A DNA stretch of 57,072 nt from positions 1 through 57,072 of the IMG/VR virus record IMGVR_UViG_3300020401_000021; one strand, given 5' to 3'. Below the pieces are notes generated by a model. That model did not search any database, was not told the origin of the DNA, and worked only from the letters and a program-made list of their open reading frames with translations. Made by a program: the position numbers and the translations under genes. The stretch comes from a virus. Its lineage: Duplodnaviria > Caudoviricetes. Positions within the stretch are counted from its first letter, which is position 1. Every line of letters starts with the position of its first letter. This document shows, piece by piece, positions 55,709 to 57,072 of this stretch.

Positions 55709-57072
55709 TTGTTGGGGTGCTGTAAAAAAACCAGTAACCGCATCGCTCACTGGTCTGAAAACGTTTTGCCCAAGCTCTTCAACAAGATTTGACAAAGTTA
55801 AGCCGCTATATTTATCGGTGTCTAAATAATCTCTACCAGACACAGGCGGCAATCCAAGTTCGTTTCTTGCTATATCTAAAAGAGCTATTTTTAATTCGGT
55901 TTCTCCACCCCTTAATCCACCACCACTAACTAAATCTCCTACGTCGGTGGCAACTGGAATGTTTCTAACTATGTCACGGAAAAGATTAAAAGCTGGTGAT
56001 CTTTGATCTGCTGGTTTGCTACGCAACAATTCATTTAAATCAAATGTTGCAATCATTTCATTTACTAATTGTTCTGCTTCAACGCTTAACTCTGTTGTAG
56101 TTTTACCACTTGTTTTAAGCTCACCTAGTTTTGCAACAAGAAAATCAGCAGAGTTTGCAGTTTTATCTGCTGGGTCTTTTGCGCTCACAGCGTTAAACTT
56201 CATTGCTCTATAGTTGTTTAACTCACTATTAATTAAGTCACTAGCTTTTAATAAGTCACTTCTAAGCTGAGAAAAGTCAGACAAAACATCTTGAATAACA
56301 AGCCGCTCTTCGCTGGTAAAGTTTGTTAAATCTGGGTTAGCAAGCATTTGATTATAGTTTGTAATAGTGCGGTCAATCGAAGCAATTTCATCTCTAATAA
56401 TAATTCTATCATCATTAGCGTCTTCTAGTATTTGATCTTCACCAACAAACTTGTTCTCGGCAATAGCTTTTCGTAAGTCTCTAATGGTGTCGTTTAACCC
56501 ACCTTGACCACCAAGCATTTGTCGTATTTCACTAGCTTGTCCTCTTAAATTATTTTCTACAACGTTAGGCGTTAATTGACTTACATCGTCAGGCACTATG
56601 TTGAATTGATTATTTATTGCTTCTTCTGTTAGTCTTTCGTATTCAATCATAAATTGTTGAAACAAAGTATCGTCAGCAACTATTTCTGGTAGACCGCCAC
56701 CAGTATAATTTTCTGAGCTTCCAGCACCTGCAATAATTTCTGTTGCTTTAATTATTCTAGCAGCTTCAGACGGGTCGTTGCCTCTCGTTGCCATGTTCAT
56801 CATAGCTAAACGTATTGACGTTCGATCAATACCAGCTTCTGTTATTTGAAAATCTGAAAGTTCAGTCATTGTCTGTACTAGCAGATTATAATAATTCGGC
56901 GATGAAATATCTAACATCATTGCTTGAGCAATTCCTTCTGTTTCTGCTTGAATTTGCACTGCCATTTGAAGGGCTTTTGCTGAGTTCTTGTCGTTTAAAT
57001 CGTTGCCAAAGAAAGTTGCACCTACAATAGCTTGTAAGTTTTTTCTAAACTTATCAGGGTCTTTTACCGCAA
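55706..57072 (-). CDS. 3' part of the junction-spanning internal virion protein
   Basis: Track ORF 55706..56965 is open to the window end and continues 1..1422; lies just upstream of the giant gene. Confidence 0.8.
   Translation of the reverse strand, partial: AVKDPDKFRKNLQAIVGATFFGNDLNDKNSAKALQMAVQIQAETEGIAQAMMLDISSPNYYNLLVQTMTELSDFQITEAGIDRTSIRLAMMNMATRGNDPSEAARIIKATEIIAGAGSSENYTGGGLPEIVADDTLFQQFMIEYERLTEEAINNQFNIVPDDVSQLTPNVVENNLRGQASEIRQMLGGQGGLNDTIRDLRKAIAENKFVGEDQILEDANDDRIIIRDEIASIDRTITNYNQMLANPDLTNFTSEERLVIQDVLSDFSQLRSDLLKASDLINSELNNYRAMKFNAVSAKDPADKTANSADFLVAKLGELKTSGKTTTELSVEAEQLVNEMIATFDLNELLRSKPADQRSPAFNLFRDIVRNIPVATDVGDLVSGGGLRGGETELKIALLDIARNELGLPPVSGRDYLDTDKYSGLTLSNLVEELGQNVFRPVSDAVTGFFTAPQQ
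56786..57072. repeat. Terminal overlap, right copy
   Basis: Matches 1-287 with 4 transitions. Confidence 0.95.

Noticed and set aside
56786-57072. Physical direct terminal repeat or DGR template/variable repeat pair
   Set aside because: Falls mid-gene at the contig ends with the frame continuing across; no reverse transcriptase; best explained as assembly overlap
1-57072. Stop-codon reassignment or introns/inteins
   Set aside because: Genes tile densely under code 11 with all three stops used; terminase, capsid and primase appear uninterrupted

Overview
The window is an apparently complete, circularly assembled ~56.8-kb tailed dsDNA phage genome: 1-287 repeats at 56786-57072 with 4 mismatches, and one gene reads across the junction. 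The morphogenesis genes look podovirus-like and the host is probably a marine alphaproteobacterium (inference). A ~37-kb minus-strand late region runs from the terminase subunits through portal, a cluster of Lys-rich mini-proteins, tail fibres, a 2OG-Fe(II) oxygenase, scaffold, major capsid, adaptor/nozzle and internal virion proteins to a 3380-aa giant protein. A plus-strand early region encodes an Nmad5-like protein, a MoxR/CobS-like AAA+ with a VWA partner and a SleB-like hydrolase. The remainder holds a tyrosine integrase, a lysis cassette and a replication/recombination module (primase-helicase, Sak4-like, SSB, Cas4-like, resolvase). I recognised no DNA or RNA polymerase. Most notable: (1) an HlyC/RtxC-like acyltransferase with altered catalytic residues sits among three virion-region proteins that share two portable N-terminal modules (A, A+B, B); (2) a recurrent AGGGACGAC late-promoter-like motif; (3) a small RNA candidate with two anti-Shine-Dalgarno motifs beside a nested palindrome; (4) apparent strong GANTC avoidance; (5) a gene that seems to start at ATC. 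All family calls come from reading motifs by eye; no searches were run.
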